From an uncultured Candidatus Saccharibacteria bacterium (GTDB lineage Bacteria; Patescibacteriota; Minisyncoccia; Phycocordibacterales; JACOZG01), in the NCBI GenBank assembly GCA_964648765.1, contig CAZYLF010000001.1, positions 293,797 to 357,796 on the forward strand: a stretch of DNA of 64,000 bases, read 5' to 3'. The first letter of the stretch is position 1. Each line of letters opens with the position of its first letter. Shown piece by piece: positions 1 through 10,134 of this stretch. The notes below the pieces were generated by a model. That model did no database searches, was not told where the DNA came from, and worked only from the letters and a program-made list of their open reading frames with translations. The translations under genes were made by a program, and so were the position numbers.

Positions 1-1488
1 TTCTCCATCCAAGCCGACAACACTAATCCAGTAGTTACGATTACTTCACCGGTTAACAACAGCAACGTGTCTGGCTCTGTGATTGTGCAGGCTAATGCCA
101 CTGACGATGTGAGAATTGCTGGTGTGCAGTTTAAAAGAGGTAATTCAAATATTTTTCTCGAAGATACATTAGCACCATACGCTGTACCTTGGGCTACTAA
201 CAATGTGGCTGACGGATCATACGCAATTACCGCTGTCGCTCGCGACACCTCTGGCAATGTCACAACCTCTCAGGCAATTACGGTAACTGTGGCCAATAAT
301 GTTAATCCACCAGGTGACACCACCGCGCCAGTGATCAGTGCGGTAAGTGAATCAAGTATTACCGAGAATTCTGCCACGATTACCTTCACCACTGACGAAT
401 CCGCTAGCACTGATATCTTTTATGGTTCCACCTCTGGATACGGTTCCACTTTGAGCTCTGCCACAGCCGGAACAAATCATACCTTCAACTTGTCTAGCCT
501 TTCGCCGAATACCACATACCATTATTACGTGAGCGCTGTAGACTCAAGTGGTAACTCTTCAGTAACGGCTGATGACACTTTTGCAACTATTGCCCCACCA
601 TCAGGTGGAGGAGGAGGCGGTGGGGGTGGGGGCGGAGGTGGGGGAGGAAATTCTGACAACACTGCACCAGGTATGGTCACGGTGGCCTCAGCTGTGGCTG
701 GTGATCGCCAAGTAGTTATCACTTGGCAAAATCCAAGCGACAATGATTTCGACAAAACCTTGATTGTTCGTGGCAGCTCTCCAATTTCTACTACTGCTTC
801 CAATCCTCGCAACATCGCCGGCACCACGGTGGTTTACGACGGCAACTCTGAACAATTTATTGATACTGGTTTAACTAACGGTCAAACTTATTATTACGCT
901 CTCTTTACTTACGACGAAGTACCAAATTATTCTAATGGTGTAGCGCTTACAGCAGTGCCCGGCACGAGTTCCGCTCAGAATCAAACAGTGGTCACTGCTG
1001 GCACTGGCGGATCATCAAATGGCACATCAGCTTTGCCTACCACCACCACAACTACTATTACCCTCGCCACAGTTACCGGTCCGTTTGCGCTCGGCACCAC
1101 CGGTGAACAAGTACGAATTCTCCAACAAATGCTGACTCTTGGTGGCTATTATTCCGGCACTCCAAGTGCGGTTTACGACAACGCCACTATTCTCGCCGTG
1201 CAAAGCTTCCAACGCACTAACAGCATTGTCTCAAGTGGATCCCCAGAGACCACGGGCTACGGCATGGCTGGTCCTGGCACTCGTCTCGTCTTAAATCGAT
1301 TATATGCTGGCAAAACTCTAACGATCACTGGCCTCTCATTGCCCGACTTAAGCAACTATCAAAATCTTACTCCAGAACAAAAGGAGACAATCTTAAACAC
1401 CTTACGCACAATTATTGTGGAGTTACAAAAGGCAATCGTGGCTTTGCTGCAACGGCTCGTCTTGACTCTGCAGGGTAGATCAATATAA
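1..1488 (+). CDS. Large secreted/surface protein, 5'-truncated by window edge (Ig-like, fibronectin-III-like domains, poly-Gly linker, C-terminal peptidoglycan-binding-like domain)
   Basis: Frame is open from base 1. [13 protein letters not shown] Ig/FN3 boundaries, LSPNTTYHY and [11 protein letters not shown]3 motifs, long Gly run at ~604-648, and [11 protein letters not shown]...AVQSFQ PG-binding motif. Confidence 0.8.
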   Translation, partial: FSIQADNTNPVVTITSPVNNSNVSGSVIVQANATDDVRIAGVQFKRGNSNIFLEDTLAPYAVPWATNNVADGSYAITAVARDTSGNVTTSQAITVTVANNVNPPGDTTAPVISAVSESSITENSATITFTTDESASTDIFYGSTSGYGSTLSSATAGTNHTFNLSSLSPNTTYHYYVSAVDSSGNSSVTADDTFATIAPPSGGGGGGGGGGGGGGGNSDNTAPGMVTVASAVAGDRQVVITWQNPSDNDFDKTLIVRGSSPISTTASNPRNIAGTTVVYDGNSEQFIDTGLTNGQTYYYALFTYDEVPNYSNGVALTAVPGTSSAQNQTVVTAGTGGSSNGTSALPTTTTTTITLATVTGPFALGTTGEQVRILQQMLTLGGYYSGTPSAVYDNATILAVQSFQRTNSIVSSGSPETTGYGMAGPGTRLVLNRLYAGKTLTITGLSLPDLSNYQNLTPEQKETILNTLRTIIVELQKAIVALLQRLVLTLQGRSI

Positions 1489-1489
1489 T
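1462..1489 (+). promoter_or_regulatory. sigma70-type promoter for groES (probably leaderless mRNA)
   Basis: TTGACT-N16-TATAAT, with the -10 ending 7 nt before the groES ATG. Confidence 0.65.
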
Positions 1490-1496
1490 CCAGTGT

Positions 1497-1808
1497 ATGA
1501 GTAAAAAAATAAATATCACGCCTTTAGGCGATAGGGTTTTAGTATTACCTCTAAATGAGGAAGAAAAAGGAGGCAAAACTAAGAGTGGTATTATCATCCC
1601 CGACACTGTGAGCAAAGAGAAGTCGGAGCAAGGTAAAGTGGTGGCGGTGGGCGAGGGAAAACTTAATGAAGCGGGCAAACGCGTACCACTTCAAGTTAAA
1701 AAAGGTCAAACGGTTATTTTCTCTAAATATGGACCAGATGAAATTAAAGTGGACGGCGTAGAATATTTTATTATCAGTGAGTCGAACATTTTAGCTATCA
1801 TTGATTAA
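1497..1808 (+). CDS. groES: Co-chaperonin GroES
   Basis: [25 protein letters not shown] motifs; adjacent to groEL. Confidence 0.98.
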   Translation: MSKKINITPLGDRVLVLPLNEEEKGGKTKSGIIIPDTVSKEKSEQGKVVAVGEGKLNEAGKRVPLQVKKGQTVIFSKYGPDEIKVDGVEYFIISESNILAIID

Positions 1809-1810
1809 AT

Positions 1811-3466
1811 ATGTCTAAACAAATTATTTTCGGCGACAATGCTCGCAAACTTTTAAAAAGTGGAATTGACCAAGTGGCCGATGCGGTGAAGATTACGATC
1901 GGCCCGAAGGGGCGGAACGTCGTCTTCGATAAAGGTTATGGCGCGCCGACTATCACTAACGATGGAGTTTCAATTGCTAAAGAGATTACCCTCAAAGATA
2001 AAATTGAGAACATGGGCGCGGAAATTATTAAAGATGTGGCGTCTAAAACTAATGATGCGGCTGGTGATGGAACGACTACCGCGGTAGTGCTCACTCAAGC
2101 GATTATTGAAGAAGGGTTTAAGAAAACTTCACTCGGAGTAAACGCGATGGGTATCCGCCACGGTATTGAAGCCGCCACGCGCGAGGTGGTGGCCGCGCTT
2201 AAAGCCATTGCTAAGCCAATAAAAAATAAAGAAGAAATAAAACAAGTTGCCACGATCTCGGCTGAGAGTGCAGAGTTTGGCACGATTATTGCCGAGGCGA
2301 TTGATAAGGTAGGTAAAGACGGCGTGGTGACGGTGGAAGAGTCACAGAGTTTCGGTGTGGAATCAGAATTGGTGGAAGGGATGCAATTTGATAAAGGTTA
2401 CGTGTCACCTTACATGATCACTGATGGTGATAGGATGGAAGCTGAATATGGTGATGCCTATATTTTGTTAACAGATAAAAAGATTTCATCAATTAAAGAA
2501 ATTCTTCCGCTACTTGAAAAGATGGCGCAGTCAGGGAAAAAGGAATTGGTGATAATTGCCGATGACATTGATGGCGAGGCGATGGCGACTTTGGTGGTAA
2601 ATAAAATCCGTGGCTCGTTTAATACGCTCGGTATTAAAGCTCCGGGTTATGGTGATCGTAAAAAGGAGATGCTCGAGGATATTGCCATTTTAACTGGTGG
2701 CAAAGTTATTTCAGAAGAGGTTGGACTCAAGCTTGATAATATTGATCTTGCGATGCTTGGTCGCGCGCGGAAGGTGATTGCGACCAAAGATCTCACCACT
2801 ATTGTGGGCGGCAAAGGTAAAAAGTCAGATCTTAATGCTCGCGTGTCACAAATTAAAAAGCAAATTGAAAAGGTAGATTCGGCTTACGATAAAGATAAAC
2901 TCCGTGAGCGCCTCGGCAAACTTTCTGGCGGTGTGGCAGTGATTAAGGTAGGTGCGGCTACAGAATCGGAGATGAAATACAAAAAGTTAAAAATTGAGGA
3001 CGCGGTGGAGGCTACCAAGGCAGCAATTGAGGAGGGGATTGTGCCGGGTGGTGGATCAGCGCTGGTGCGCGCGGGAGCCAAAGTGGCACTTAAAAAGATT
3101 GCACCAACTTCACAAGATATTGCGCATGAATTTGAAGTGGGAGTTAAACTTTTACTTCGCTCACTTGAAGCACCGTTACGCCAAATTGCCATTAACGCTG
3201 GTAAAGATGATGGCGCGGTGATCGTGGACAAAATTAAATCTGGCAAAGGTAATGAGGGTTACGATGCTAACGCCGATAAAATTGTCCCCGACATGTTTGA
3301 AGTTGGGATTATTGACCCGGTGAAGGTGACGCGCACCGGTCTCGAGCGCGCCGCTTCCGCCGCCGCGATCTTACTCACCACTGAAGTGGCAATTGCCGAT
3401 GAACCGAAGGAAGAAAAATCGATGGGCGGCATGCCCCCAGGCGGTATGGGTGGAATGGAGTACTAG
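1811..3466 (+). CDS. groEL: Chaperonin GroEL
   Basis: [25 protein letters not shown] motifs and GGM-rich tail. Confidence 0.99.
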   Translation: MSKQIIFGDNARKLLKSGIDQVADAVKITIGPKGRNVVFDKGYGAPTITNDGVSIAKEITLKDKIENMGAEIIKDVASKTNDAAGDGTTTAVVLTQAIIEEGFKKTSLGVNAMGIRHGIEAATREVVAALKAIAKPIKNKEEIKQVATISAESAEFGTIIAEAIDKVGKDGVVTVEESQSFGVESELVEGMQFDKGYVSPYMITDGDRMEAEYGDAYILLTDKKISSIKEILPLLEKMAQSGKKELVIIADDIDGEAMATLVVNKIRGSFNTLGIKAPGYGDRKKEMLEDIAILTGGKVISEEVGLKLDNIDLAMLGRARKVIATKDLTTIVGGKGKKSDLNARVSQIKKQIEKVDSAYDKDKLRERLGKLSGGVAVIKVGAATESEMKYKKLKIEDAVEATKAAIEEGIVPGGGSALVRAGAKVALKKIAPTSQDIAHEFEVGVKLLLRSLEAPLRQIAINAGKDDGAVIVDKIKSGKGNEGYDANADKIVPDMFEVGIIDPVKVTRTGLERAASAAAILLTTEVAIADEPKEEKSMGGMPPGGMGGMEY

Positions 3467-3507
3467 AGGGGGGAAGGAATAGGTTATAGGTAATAGATGG
3501 AATAGCG

Positions 3508-3540
3508 CCCCACTTGGTGTAGAAACACCAAGTGGGGTTT
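3508..3540 (+). terminator. Intrinsic terminator after groEL
   Basis: CCCCACTTGGTGT-AGAA-ACACCAAGTGGGG perfect stem followed by TTT. Confidence 0.75.
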
Positions 3541-3557
3541 GCTATGATTGAATAAAT

Positions 3558-4076
3558 ATGGAAACACAAGTTCAAATTACCTCACCAAAAAAGTTAGGGA
3601 TTCTTTGGATAATCATCGGCTTTATCGCCGCCATTCTTGCCTGCGCCATGTTTTGGAGTTTGAAGGATCAACCTGTTCAAACTCAAAGTGTTGATACAGC
3701 AAATTGGCAAACTTATCGGAACGAAGAGTATGGGTTTGAGTTTAAGTATCCAGAAGATTGGAAAGTTTTAAATTGGAATGATGATTCAATTCAAGGTCGA
3801 AATTGGGAAATTGTGGCACTTTACAGTCCGGAGACAGATATTAATGAAATAAGAGACACTGATATCCCATCAAACATCTTTTTTGTTCATATTGAGGATA
3901 ATGGTAAAAGAGAACCCGGCCTCACTGATAGTGGCTGGGGAGTATCAGAACTTGGTGGAGGTTCTTTTAGACAAGTGAATATTGACGGACTTTTTGAAAT
4001 TAAAATAAGTTCACTAGATAAACATAATTTTGAAATTTTGAATCAAGTTTATTCCACCTTCAAATTTACGAAGTAA
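3558..4076 (+). CDS. Membrane-anchored PsbP-like/CPR surface protein
   Basis: N-terminal TM, then DTANWQTYRNEEYGFEFKYPEDW and C-terminal ILNQVYSTFKF, a pattern typical of CPR PsbP-related proteins. Confidence 0.7.
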   Translation: METQVQITSPKKLGILWIIIGFIAAILACAMFWSLKDQPVQTQSVDTANWQTYRNEEYGFEFKYPEDWKVLNWNDDSIQGRNWEIVALYSPETDINEIRDTDIPSNIFFVHIEDNGKREPGLTDSGWGVSELGGGSFRQVNIDGLFEIKISSLDKHNFEILNQVYSTFKFTK

Positions 4077-4094
4077 GATGGTATAATGGTCAAT

Positions 4095-4250
4095 ATGAAT
4101 AAACAGTTACCAATCATTATTGAAAGAGATGAGGACGGCACTTATGTGGTAGAGTGTCATCTTTTTGATGGTTGTTATAGTCAAGGTAAAACTATAGATG
4201 AGGCAATGGAGAACATCCGTGAGGCCATTGCTCTTGCGCTTGAGGAATGA
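4095..4250 (+). CDS. HicB-family antitoxin-like small protein (51 aa; not in ORF track)
   Basis: Translates to MNKQLPIIIERDEDGTYVVECHLFDGCYSQGKTIDEAMENIREAIALALEE, with the HicB SQGKTxxEAxxNxxEAI motif; TATAAT 7 nt upstream. Confidence 0.8.
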   Translation: MNKQLPIIIERDEDGTYVVECHLFDGCYSQGKTIDEAMENIREAIALALEE

Positions 4251-4272
4251 ATTTTTAAAATTAATTTAAACC

Positions 4273-4716
4273 ATGGAACCACAAATAATCTCGCCAAAAA
4301 AGAAGGGAATCGTGCTAATCATCATCGGCTTCATCGCTGCCATTCTCGCCTGCGCCGTGTTTTGGAGTTGGGACAGTTCATTAGTTGCTACTAATATTGA
4401 TACATCATCTTGGTTGGTATATCATGATTCTAGTGGGAATATTGACATTTACTATCCTCCAGATTGGGCTACATCTTTAATTGATGGTGGTAAAGTTTTT
4501 GCTATAAAATCACCAAGCGGACAAGAAATTTTTATGGGTTGGCCGTCATCAGTTCCTGAATGGTCAGATGTTTGTCTCGAGCTAGAGTTCAATAAAAAGG
4601 TTACAAAATGTGATGATAAAATATTTTCAGGTGTTTATACGAACAGTAGTGACCCTGGAACTCTAGAAGTTTTCGACATGATTATTAAAAATATTAAGGT
4701 CGTGGGTAGAGGATAA
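4273..4716 (+). CDS. Membrane-anchored PsbP-like protein, paralog of 3558-4076
   Basis: Near-identical N-terminus (SPKK.GI..IIIGFIAAILACA.FWS) and DTSSW..Y...YPPDW motif. Confidence 0.65.
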   Translation: MEPQIISPKKKGIVLIIIGFIAAILACAVFWSWDSSLVATNIDTSSWLVYHDSSGNIDIYYPPDWATSLIDGGKVFAIKSPSGQEIFMGWPSSVPEWSDVCLELEFNKKVTKCDDKIFSGVYTNSSDPGTLEVFDMIIKNIKVVGRG

Positions 4717-4733
4717 TTATTAACTTATTTTTT

Positions 4734-5285
4734 ATGACATATATAATTTTGGCGGTATTAGTTGCTTTAGTTTTATGGGTAATTGCTAGTTACAACAGTT
4801 TGGTGAAGTTGGTTACAAGAGCTAAGGAGGCTTGGGCCGACATTGAGGTTCAGCTTAAACGTCGTTACGATTTAATCCCTAATTTAGTTAACACGGTTAA
4901 GGGTTACGCCACGCATGAGACTTCCGCGTTTGAGAATGTTACCAAGGCTCGCGCCGCGGCGATGGGTGCTAGTTCCTTAGCGGAACATGGTCAAGCAGAG
5001 AACATGCTCACGGGCGCGCTCAAGTCGCTCTTTGCCGTGTCTGAAGCTTACCCAGATCTTAAAGCCAATCAGAACTTTTTAGAACTCCAACGTGAGCTTT
5101 CAGATACTGAAAATAAGATTCAAGCCGCGCGTCGATTCTATAACACTAATGCTCGCGATCTCACTATTGCCATCGACACTTTCCCTTCAAACATTATTGC
5201 CAACATGTTTAAATTCCAAAAGGTCGAATTCTTCGACATTCCTGATAACGGTGCTGAAGCGGAGCCCGTACCTGTGAACTTTTAA
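4734..5285 (+). CDS. lemA: LemA family protein
   Basis: YNSLV...W ADIEVQLKRRYDLIPNLV and EAYPDLKANQNF motifs. Confidence 0.95.
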   Translation: MTYIILAVLVALVLWVIASYNSLVKLVTRAKEAWADIEVQLKRRYDLIPNLVNTVKGYATHETSAFENVTKARAAAMGASSLAEHGQAENMLTGALKSLFAVSEAYPDLKANQNFLELQRELSDTENKIQAARRFYNTNARDLTIAIDTFPSNIIANMFKFQKVEFFDIPDNGAEAEPVPVNF

Positions 5286-6178
5286 TGGTTTCAAATCTCT
5301 ATACTCATCAAGCGTCTAATGTACGCAAAACGTGGTTTTTAATGACCGTGTTTTTAATCGTGGTGATAGGGATCGGATACATTTTTAGTCAGGTTTGGGG
5401 TGATCCATCAATTCTTTATATTGCGGTGGCGTTCAGTATCTTGATGAACTTTTTTAGTTACTGGTTCTCCGACAAAGTGGTGGTGAAGATGACAGGCGCC
5501 AAGCCTGCGAGTAGGCAAGAATACTTTGACCTCTGGACGAGTGTAGAGAATTTGTCTATCACGGCCGGCTTGCCGATGCCCAAGGTTTATGTGATCAACG
5601 ACCCCGCGCCCAACGCCTTTGCCACGGGGCGCGATGCTGAGCATGCGGTGGTGGCCGTGACCACCGGACTTTTAGCTGTGCTTAACAAAACTGAACTTGA
5701 GGGTGTGATTGCTCATGAGCTTGCGCATATTGGCAATAAAGACATGCTACTTTCCACAGTGGCGGTCGTCCTTGTGGGCTTCGTGAGTATTCTCTCCGAC
5801 ATCTTTTTACGTTCAGGATTTCGGGGTGGAGGAGATAAAGATCGAGGTAAAGTTGGCGCGATAATTATGATCGTGGGAGTGGTGCTTGCAATACTTGCGC
5901 CAATTTTTGCCACGCTTATCCACTTGGCAATCTCACGCAAAAGGGAATTTTTAGCCGACGCCTCGGGTGCGCTCCTTACTCGCTACCCAGATGGCCTCGC
6001 TTCTGCCTTACAAAAAATTAGCGAACACGGCGCTCCAATGATGCGCAAGAGTAACGCCACGGCGCATTTATTTATCGCTAATCCTTTTGGTTCTAAGGCG
6101 GGAGTAATTAGTAAAATGTTTATGTCGCATCCGCCCGTTGGTGATAGAATTAATGCATTAGTTGGTCACACAAGATAA
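5285..6178 (+). CDS. htpX: Zinc metalloprotease HtpX (M48)
   Basis: PNAFATG, HELAH, SRKREFLAD and SHPP motifs; follows lemA. Confidence 0.93.
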   Translation: MVSNLYTHQASNVRKTWFLMTVFLIVVIGIGYIFSQVWGDPSILYIAVAFSILMNFFSYWFSDKVVVKMTGAKPASRQEYFDLWTSVENLSITAGLPMPKVYVINDPAPNAFATGRDAEHAVVAVTTGLLAVLNKTELEGVIAHELAHIGNKDMLLSTVAVVLVGFVSILSDIFLRSGFRGGGDKDRGKVGAIIMIVGVVLAILAPIFATLIHLAISRKREFLADASGALLTRYPDGLASALQKISEHGAPMMRKSNATAHLFIANPFGSKAGVISKMFMSHPPVGDRINALVGHTR

Positions 6179-6187
6179 AATAATTTT

Positions 6188-6754
6188 ATGGTTTTGGTAG
6201 ATAAAATTTTGCACAAATCCCTTTTCAAACTTTTTCCTTGGGTTTTAACACCCAATCATCTAACAACTTTTAGGTTTTTAATGATTCCGGTAGTTTTTTA
6301 TCTTTTGATTGCGGACAACTTTCTCTGGGGCACAATCATTTTTATTATTGCCGCTTTCTCTGATGTAGCTGATGGTGCGCTTGCTCGCACCACTAATCGT
6401 GTAAGCGATTGGGGCAAACTTTATGATCCTTTGGCCGACAAACTTTTAATTAGCACAGCTGCCGCACTTTTAATTGTGCATCTTCTGCATCCGTATTTGG
6501 CGATCGCTATTATTGCTATGGAGATTATCACCATGGCTGGCGCGGCTCTTAAACTCAAACAAGGCTTCGACCGTACTAAAATCCAAGCTCACCCCATGGC
6601 CAAACTCAAAATGTTTCTCCAGTGCATGGGTGTGATTATTTTACTTTTTTACCTCATCTTCCAATTACCTTGGCTCCTCCCCACCGCCGCCTATGTACTC
6701 TACGCCTCCCTCTTTTTCTCCATTGTTAGTTTGATTGTGTATAGATCAATATAA
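6188..6754 (+). CDS. CDP-alcohol phosphatidyltransferase family protein
   Basis: TPNHLT..R and DVADGALAR...G...DPLADK signature. Confidence 0.9.
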   Translation: MVLVDKILHKSLFKLFPWVLTPNHLTTFRFLMIPVVFYLLIADNFLWGTIIFIIAAFSDVADGALARTTNRVSDWGKLYDPLADKLLISTAAALLIVHLLHPYLAIAIIAMEIITMAGAALKLKQGFDRTKIQAHPMAKLKMFLQCMGVIILLFYLIFQLPWLLPTAAYVLYASLFFSIVSLIVYRSI

Positions 6755-6795
6755 AAAAGAAGCGCACGTCCCGAAGGCCGTGCGCTTGTGTTTTT
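6752..6795. terminator. Bidirectional terminator between convergent genes
   Basis: AAGCGCACG...CGTGCGCTT stem flanked by A-run and T-run. Confidence 0.65.
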
Positions 6796-6822
6796 GTTTG
6801 AATTAACAACGCGCGTTGTTAA

Positions 6823-7347
6823 TTATTTGTTCCGCTTCTTGACCCCCAACACCTGGTGAGCGAAGATCCAGAAGAAAGTAAAGATGTGATAATTCTCCGG
6901 AGGCAGTTCAAATGTGAACCGAGTGTTGTCCTCGTTGTATGACCCATAAATCAACTCCTCTGGGAACCCCTCACAAGTGACGGGGTCTACGCGCTCTTCA
7001 GGGTTGAAGAGACCCATGAAGCCGGCCGTAACACTCCGAGGGCTGTTGACAGAAACTCTCCACTTGTAAAAATTGTACTGCAAGGTGAAGGTGATGCCAT
7101 TGTCGAGTTCCAGGCTAAACACCGGAAGGAGTACAGCTTGAGACGTGTGGGTCGAGATCACCCTCATTTTGGCCTGAATAATCTTGTATTCCTCGGGATT
7201 TTTTGCCAGTGCGCGGGCAATTTTGTCGCGCACAAAGGTGATCTGATCCCAGTAGCCCTGGGCGAACATTGGCCCATTTTGAGGCTGATTGGCATTTGCC
7301 CACTCTTGCAGTGGTACCGACATTTCTCGTGTTGCTGTTGCCATCAC
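6823..7347 (-). CDS. Hypothetical protein (start GTG 7347 or ATG 7344)
   Basis: Long ORF with AGGAG Shine-Dalgarno upstream and terminator downstream; no family recognised. Confidence 0.7.
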   Translation of the reverse strand: MMATATREMSVPLQEWANANQPQNGPMFAQGYWDQITFVRDKIARALAKNPEEYKIIQAKMRVISTHTSQAVLLPVFSLELDNGITFTLQYNFYKWRVSVNSPRSVTAGFMGLFNPEERVDPVTCEGFPEELIYGSYNEDNTRFTFELPPENYHIFTFFWIFAHQVLGVKKRNK

Positions 7348-7434
7348 TAAGTTCTCCTGTGTATGAGTTTCTTGAAGTGTCCTTATCTTAAGCCACATTA
7401 GCTCAAGTTTTCGTCCACAATTATCCTAGCATTT

Positions 7435-7890
7435 TTAATCTATTTTGTCAACTAAGGATTTGGAAATTAAATCTCTTACCAATCTATCAATTTTTTCATA
7501 CGTTTCTTCCGCGACTTTCTGATCTACTGAAGTTGGGTTTTCAATTTCCCACCAAATCACCTTTCCGGCGTTTTTTAAAAAATCAGGAATATATGGTTCT
7601 TCTGCCATCGAGATCACGATCTCGTATTCATCAATCATTGATGGTTGTAAACGTTTCGTCGAGTTGCCACGAACATTCATGCCATTCTTTTCCATTATTT
7701 CAAAAAAGTGAGGAGTTTTAAAAAGGTCTTTTAGAACCTGACCTTCTGGCTCATCCGGCGCCCCGGCGTAAGTCCCTACAGAATCTGCATAATTTGAATC
7801 GGTAAGTTTATTATAAATCGCCGCGGCCATCTGGCTTCTAAACCAGTTTCCCTTACAAATAAACAAAACTTTTTTAGATGATTGGCTCAT
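7435..7890 (-). CDS. Low-molecular-weight phosphotyrosine phosphatase/ArsC-like protein
   Basis: VLFICKGNWFRSQMA P-loop (CxxNxxRS). Confidence 0.85.
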   Translation of the reverse strand: MSQSSKKVLFICKGNWFRSQMAAAIYNKLTDSNYADSVGTYAGAPDEPEGQVLKDLFKTPHFFEIMEKNGMNVRGNSTKRLQPSMIDEYEIVISMAEEPYIPDFLKNAGKVIWWEIENPTSVDQKVAEETYEKIDRLVRDLISKSLVDKID

Positions 7891-8590
7891 GTTTATTTTT
7901 CTGTAACGAATAATACTTTCTTACCTTTTTGATACCAACAATAAGACTGATACAGAGCACCACTAGGATCACCATAAAGCTCTCGCGGTCAGAAGAATCC
8001 TTGATATCAATTAAGAGCGGGATAATTAAAGCTAAACTTCCTACGAACAACGAAGCCCAGAATCTTACTCTGAGTGAGGAAACAAAAACTTTCAAAGGAC
8101 TTCCTCCTTCCACTATTTGAGCTACCTCATAACTTGATCTAAAGGCGGGGAACCATGTGGTCCACACACGATCTTTAACTTGATAATCTTCAGGGAGTTT
8201 TAGTTTTATAATTTTGTTTCTATAAATTTTGGCAAGATAAATATTCACAACGCCCGCAAGACTCCAGCCAATAAAAATTAATAATATCGTGGTGATAAAG
8301 ACAGCCAAGCCATTTGTCCCAGAAATAATCGCGATAATTATCACCAAGCTTGATCCAGGGAAAAAGCTTCCGATAAAATACAAACCTTCAATAAATATAG
8401 AAAGAAAAGCGGCTAAGTAAATATACTTCTCGTTGATATTAGAAAGAAATTTTACCAATTCTCCCATGCCAGGAATCTGTGAATCGAGAAAGAGTATCAC
8501 TCCATAAACTGCCAACGCAACTGCCGAAATTATCCAAATTATCCCCGCATACAGTTGGCTTTTATCTGTCTTTATTTTGTCAGTAATCAT
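7874..8590 (-). CDS. DedA/VTT-like membrane protein
   Basis: FIEGLYFIGSFFPGSSL resembles the DedA E.....PG motif; multiple TM segments. Confidence 0.6.
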   Translation of the reverse strand: MITDKIKTDKSQLYAGIIWIISAVALAVYGVILFLDSQIPGMGELVKFLSNINEKYIYLAAFLSIFIEGLYFIGSFFPGSSLVIIIAIISGTNGLAVFITTILLIFIGWSLAGVVNIYLAKIYRNKIIKLKLPEDYQVKDRVWTTWFPAFRSSYEVAQIVEGGSPLKVFVSSLRVRFWASLFVGSLALIIPLLIDIKDSSDRESFMVILVVLCISLIVGIKKVRKYYSLQKNKHEPII

Positions 8591-8686
8591 ATAGGAGACT
8601 TTTAGAGTTAAGGTGATTATAGCAATTAACAGACCTTTGTTTAACTAGCTTTATTGGTCAAAATTTATTAGGATAAACAAGCACTT

Positions 8687-8773
8687 GGAGAGGTGCCAGA
8701 GCGGTCGAATGGGCAGACCTGGAAAGTCTGTGTATCAGAAATGGTACCGAGGGTTCGAATCCCTCCCTCTCCG
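8687..8773 (+). tRNA. tRNA-Ser(GGA)
   Basis: GGAGAGG/CCTCTCC acceptor, CAGAC-CTGGAAA-GTCTG anticodon arm, long variable arm, GTTCGAATC T-loop. Confidence 0.95.
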
Positions 8774-8891
8774 CAGCGAACGTAGTGAGCGAGGAGAGTG
8801 GGATTCGAAAGACGGAGCACGACGGTGCGAGTCGGGGTCGAGAAAATTTTCAGCAGAAAATTATTCGTGACCGATCCCTCCCTCTCCGCCA
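8759..8891 (+). mobile_element. ~115 bp non-coding insert bounded by a 16 bp duplication of the tRNA-Ser 3' end
   Basis: ATCCCTCCCTCTCCGC at 8759-8774 and 8874-8889; the second copy ends in CCA. Confidence 0.6.
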
Positions 8892-8906
8892 TTACGTTTT
8901 TAAAAA

Positions 8907-10064
8907 ATGACAACTCGAGTCGAAACAATAATTGTTGGGGCGGGGATTTCGGGGTTGGCGTGTGCGAACAAGTTGCAGGAGGCGGGGAAAGATTTTTTAG
9001 TTATCACTAAAGATATTGGGGGTAGGGTCAGACCGTCGAAAGTAGATCCAAAAATAAATTTGGGTGGAGTTTATATAAATTCCGATTATTTTAATCTACT
9101 GCCATTTGTGGAAGTTATCGAACCGTTTCGGGTGCGGGATTTTTATTTTTTCGACGGGGAGAAATATCGAACAATTTTCGCTGTCAAAAATCTGAAGTTT
9201 TTACCAAAGATTTTGAAATTTATAATTTTGCTGTGGCAGTTTAGGAATCGGTTAAATATAATGAGAAAGAAGGCAGAAACGGAAGAGTTAAAAGTTCTGA
9301 TTGAAGGCGACGCTTTACTCAAGCAATATTGGGATCTCTCGGCTACAGATTTTATTAAAAAGTACGGTTTTGAGAAACTCGATTACCAATTCGGCCAGCC
9401 AACTGCCGGCACCAACGTGTTTACTACCTCCAAAGATTTAAACACTTTTTACTATCTATATTTATTTCTTACCCTGATCCGCCCGGCTTACATTGTGGAT
9501 TTAAGTCAGACTGCCAAGCGTTTATCGGTAGGGTTTGAATCAAAAATAATAATTGATACGGTTACGTCGATAGAGAAACAGAGCGACGGTAATTATCACG
9601 TCACGGCCAGTAAAAATAATTTTATTTGTAAGAACGTCGTTATTGCCGCACCCTTTCTGGATATCAAGGGTGTCTATAATCTGCCGACCCCAGCCAAGAT
9701 CACTTCGGTGTTTACATATTATGTGGTCGGGCGGCGGAAGAAGGAATATGCTAATAAAAAAGGCGTGGTGCTCCACCCAGATTTCCATGACGCTTACTTG
9801 CTGTGGAGGCAGAAGTCGGGTGGGGATTTAATTTATTCCAAAACCGGGGATCTCGACCTGAGCAAATATTATGATGACTTTGTGGTTAAGGATAAAATGT
9901 TTTGGCCAACTGGCATGCATCTCCCTGGTGAGCAGGTTATAAAGCAAAAGCTGGATGCTGGCCTCTATCTCGCCTCTGATTATAATTTCAGCTTGATGGA
10001 GGACGCCTTCATCACCGGCCTCTACGCGGCTAACAGTATCATTGGCCAGGCTCAAAAAGTTTGA
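8907..10064 (+). CDS. FAD-dependent oxidoreductase (amine oxidase/NAD(P)-binding-8 type)
   Basis: IIVGAGISGLACA Rossmann motif, IGGRV and C-terminal MEDAFITG. Confidence 0.85.
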   Translation: MTTRVETIIVGAGISGLACANKLQEAGKDFLVITKDIGGRVRPSKVDPKINLGGVYINSDYFNLLPFVEVIEPFRVRDFYFFDGEKYRTIFAVKNLKFLPKILKFIILLWQFRNRLNIMRKKAETEELKVLIEGDALLKQYWDLSATDFIKKYGFEKLDYQFGQPTAGTNVFTTSKDLNTFYYLYLFLTLIRPAYIVDLSQTAKRLSVGFESKIIIDTVTSIEKQSDGNYHVTASKNNFICKNVVIAAPFLDIKGVYNLPTPAKITSVFTYYVVGRRKKEYANKKGVVLHPDFHDAYLLWRQKSGGDLIYSKTGDLDLSKYYDDFVVKDKMFWPTGMHLPGEQVIKQKLDAGLYLASDYNFSLMEDAFITGLYAANSIIGQAQKV

Positions 10065-10134
10065 AACCAAGCCCTAATGAGGCGAGTGCCATAAAAAAGC
10101 CGCCTTGGAATTAACCAAGACGGCGGTGATGATT

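Noticed and set aside
603-648. G-rich run as G-quadruplex or contingency locus
   Set aside because: It encodes a poly-Gly linker with mixed codons, also seen in the other surface protein.
8668-9010. Short ORFs overlapping tRNA-Ser and its insert
   Set aside because: Shadow ORFs over RNA features.
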